NCBI GenBank assembly: GCA_051294375.1
Contig: JBJCIZ010001666.1
Coordinates: 1 to 64,000 of the forward strand
From: Paraspadella gotoi
Taxonomy: Eukaryota > Animalia > Chaetognatha
DNA: 64,000 bases
Direction: 5' to 3'
Of this stretch, positions 62,076-64,000 are shown one piece after another. Numbering within the stretch: position 1 is the first letter of the stretch; every line of letters starts with the position of its first letter. The notes beneath the pieces are model-generated. The model did not search any database and was not told the origin of the DNA. It saw only the letters and a list, made by a program, of their open reading frames with translations. Made by a program: the position numbers and the translations under genes.

Positions 62076-62309
62076 CTGTCAATAATTGTCAGTTTATAAT
62101 ATTGTTATTTAATATCATTGTTAATTTTTTTTCCTGAGTTTCCTTTAAATTACATTGATTATAAAAATATATTTAAAGATTAAAATGATAGTCATTAGTC
62201 AGCTGTTACACAGTTACAGATATATTAGATACAGATTTTAATTAATAAACTTTTTTAACCAGACGACCAGTATCAGTAGGTGAAGAAAAATAAGTATACT
62301 TTATAACAA

Positions 62310-63012
62310 CTTTGAGCAAACAATGTTGGATCTGCCCACAATCATTATCGGTAATTAATTAATTAATTAATTCAAGTTAAATTAATTAATTTGATCCAAA
62401 ATGTTTGTTTTGATTGATTGACTGCTTGATTACCTGCTTGATTAATTAATTGACTAATTGATTAACTGATTAATTTTTTGATTAATTAGTACATCTTGCA
62501 TTTACATTTAATATAAAAAAGAGGCATAATCAATTAGTGAAACAGGTTTTTTGTTTTTTTCCATTTAAACTTATTTCCACTCAAATGATTCCATCGAAAA
62601 GAGATTTCCAGCTTAATCATGCACCTTTCTACTCGCATACAAAATTTCAAATCAATCGCCCCATCCACTATGAGTATTTGAGTATTGAGTAATTGGTGTT
62701 CAAATAGTAAAATATTTTTTGATTTTTTTTATTTAAACTCATTTCCACTTGGACGATTCTATCGAAACTTCATATCCAGCTCAATCACACACTTCCCTAC
62801 CCACACACAAAATTTCATTCCAATCCATCCATCCAATCACAAGTAATTGGTGTTTTTTGCTAAGTTGGGACGGACAAACAGATGGACAGATAGACTTTAT
62901 TTTTTTGCATAATTAATCATAATTTGATGTTCTGACATATAAGTGAATGCCCGACAAGATTGAGGGGGCGGACCGATGGACCGACAAAGTGAATTATAGA
63001 GATTATAGACTA
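62310..63012. repeat. Helentron/HINE-like dispersed repeat, same family as 35790-37100
   Basis: Shared TTTGAGC.AACAATGT.GGATCTGCC, AAACTCATTTCCAC...CACACACAAAATTT and GCCCGACAAGATTGAGG...ATTATAGAG blocks; GGAC/AGAC microsatellite. Confidence 0.55.
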
Positions 63013-63348
63013 AAAACAAGAACGGAGATTTTAATGTGTGTTGTGCCGCAGTGACTTTCTTATTACGTGTATTTCCATGTTTGAAAAGCACAGCATTGAG
63101 TTTATTTTCTAATTTATATTGTTTGTCAAGACAAGTAAATAATTCCCATGAGTATAATATAATTCCGTAGCGAGATTTCTATACAGTAGCATCTGTCAAG
63201 AACTTCGGAGAGGGCAAGCTCTGTAACTCCAGTACAAATGATAATTTGAAAGCGAGTTTTCGTCTTGATATTGAGTACTCAATACTCATACTCAATACAA
63301 TACTCATATGGCTACTCCCCCTTTGGTTAGGTATTGAATAGATTTGAA

Positions 63349-63685
63349 CCTGAAACCTTTTCGTAACGAAGTCCGACGCGCTAACGGCAAGGGTATATCT
63401 CAAGCCGCGACTCTGAATTTCGAGTTTTTCAGAAGTCGGCGTCGCATGCCAAGTGGCGGGCAGAGGCTGCATGGGGGCAATGTCGGCTCGAAGGTCAAGG
63501 ATCGGTACGCGGGAGGTGGCTTCGAAGTCGGTCGCTGGAATCGGAAGTAACTCATGAAGCAGAGTCAACGTCTTGCCCAGTGTCAGTTCGGCGGGTGAGG
63601 CGTCGGAATCTTCACGTGGCGTTGCGCGAAGTCTAAACTGAAACCATGGAAGTTGGACCAGCCAGTTTTCTCCGGCGGCGGATAC
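63349..63685 (-). CDS. Possible host-gene exon, product unknown
   Basis: GC-rich island with an open minus frame (SAAGENWLVQLPWFQFRL...FVTKRFQ) bounded by AG and GT. Confidence 0.3.
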
Positions 63686-64000
63686 TGTTTTACGCAGAAT
63701 ATAAGTGAAAATTTTTTTTTACTTAATAATTACACGTATACGTCGCTCATAAGAAGCGAAAAACAAATAACGAACTGCAAAATCGCGGTAAAAATAAGCT
63801 ATTATTATTTCCTCATCTCTTATATCCCTTTTTTTTCCGTGTTCACTGTTCAGCTCCGTAGTTTTTCGTTTTCTATTTGGCCCGGAACGAGGATTTCGGC
63901 TTTACCGTCGATTCCGGCGGACTAATGATTAGTACTACGTAGTTCAAATCTTATGTGGCTCACTTTTTCGATCGTTTAGCAGCGAAAGTTGATCCCTCGG

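Overview
Eukaryotic (probably invertebrate) genomic window, gappy and with many homopolymer indels, dominated by endogenous Polinton/Maverick (adintovirus-like) DNA-virus sequence. 2.1-12.5 kb: a classical intronless Polinton module (5'-truncated, frameshifted pPolB; truncated packaging ATPase; GasderminX-like ORF; integrase; minor capsid; basic core protein; double-jelly-roll major capsid; adenain-like protease; PC4-like ORF). Contiguous with it (12.8-27.4 kb) is a second, full-length protein-primed DNA polymerase B. I reconstructed it by hand across 10 GT-AG spliceosomal introns, two of which split catalytic motifs A and C, and it carries two N-terminal PXDLS motifs. It is followed by spliced accessory genes (SIAH-like RING finger, a possible PC4-like protein, two mucin-like type I membrane proteins), giving about 19 introns in total. 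This intron-rich, two-polymerase Polinton is the most notable system in the window. 28-49 kb holds noisy, duplicated and inverted fragments of a second, divergent Polinton (capsid, protease, core, PC4-like), probably partly assembly artefact. The rest is degraded BEL/Pao LTR retrotransposon copies, satellite arrays, tRNA-derived SINEs, Helentron-like repeats and a possible host exon. All family assignments come from motif recognition, not database searches.
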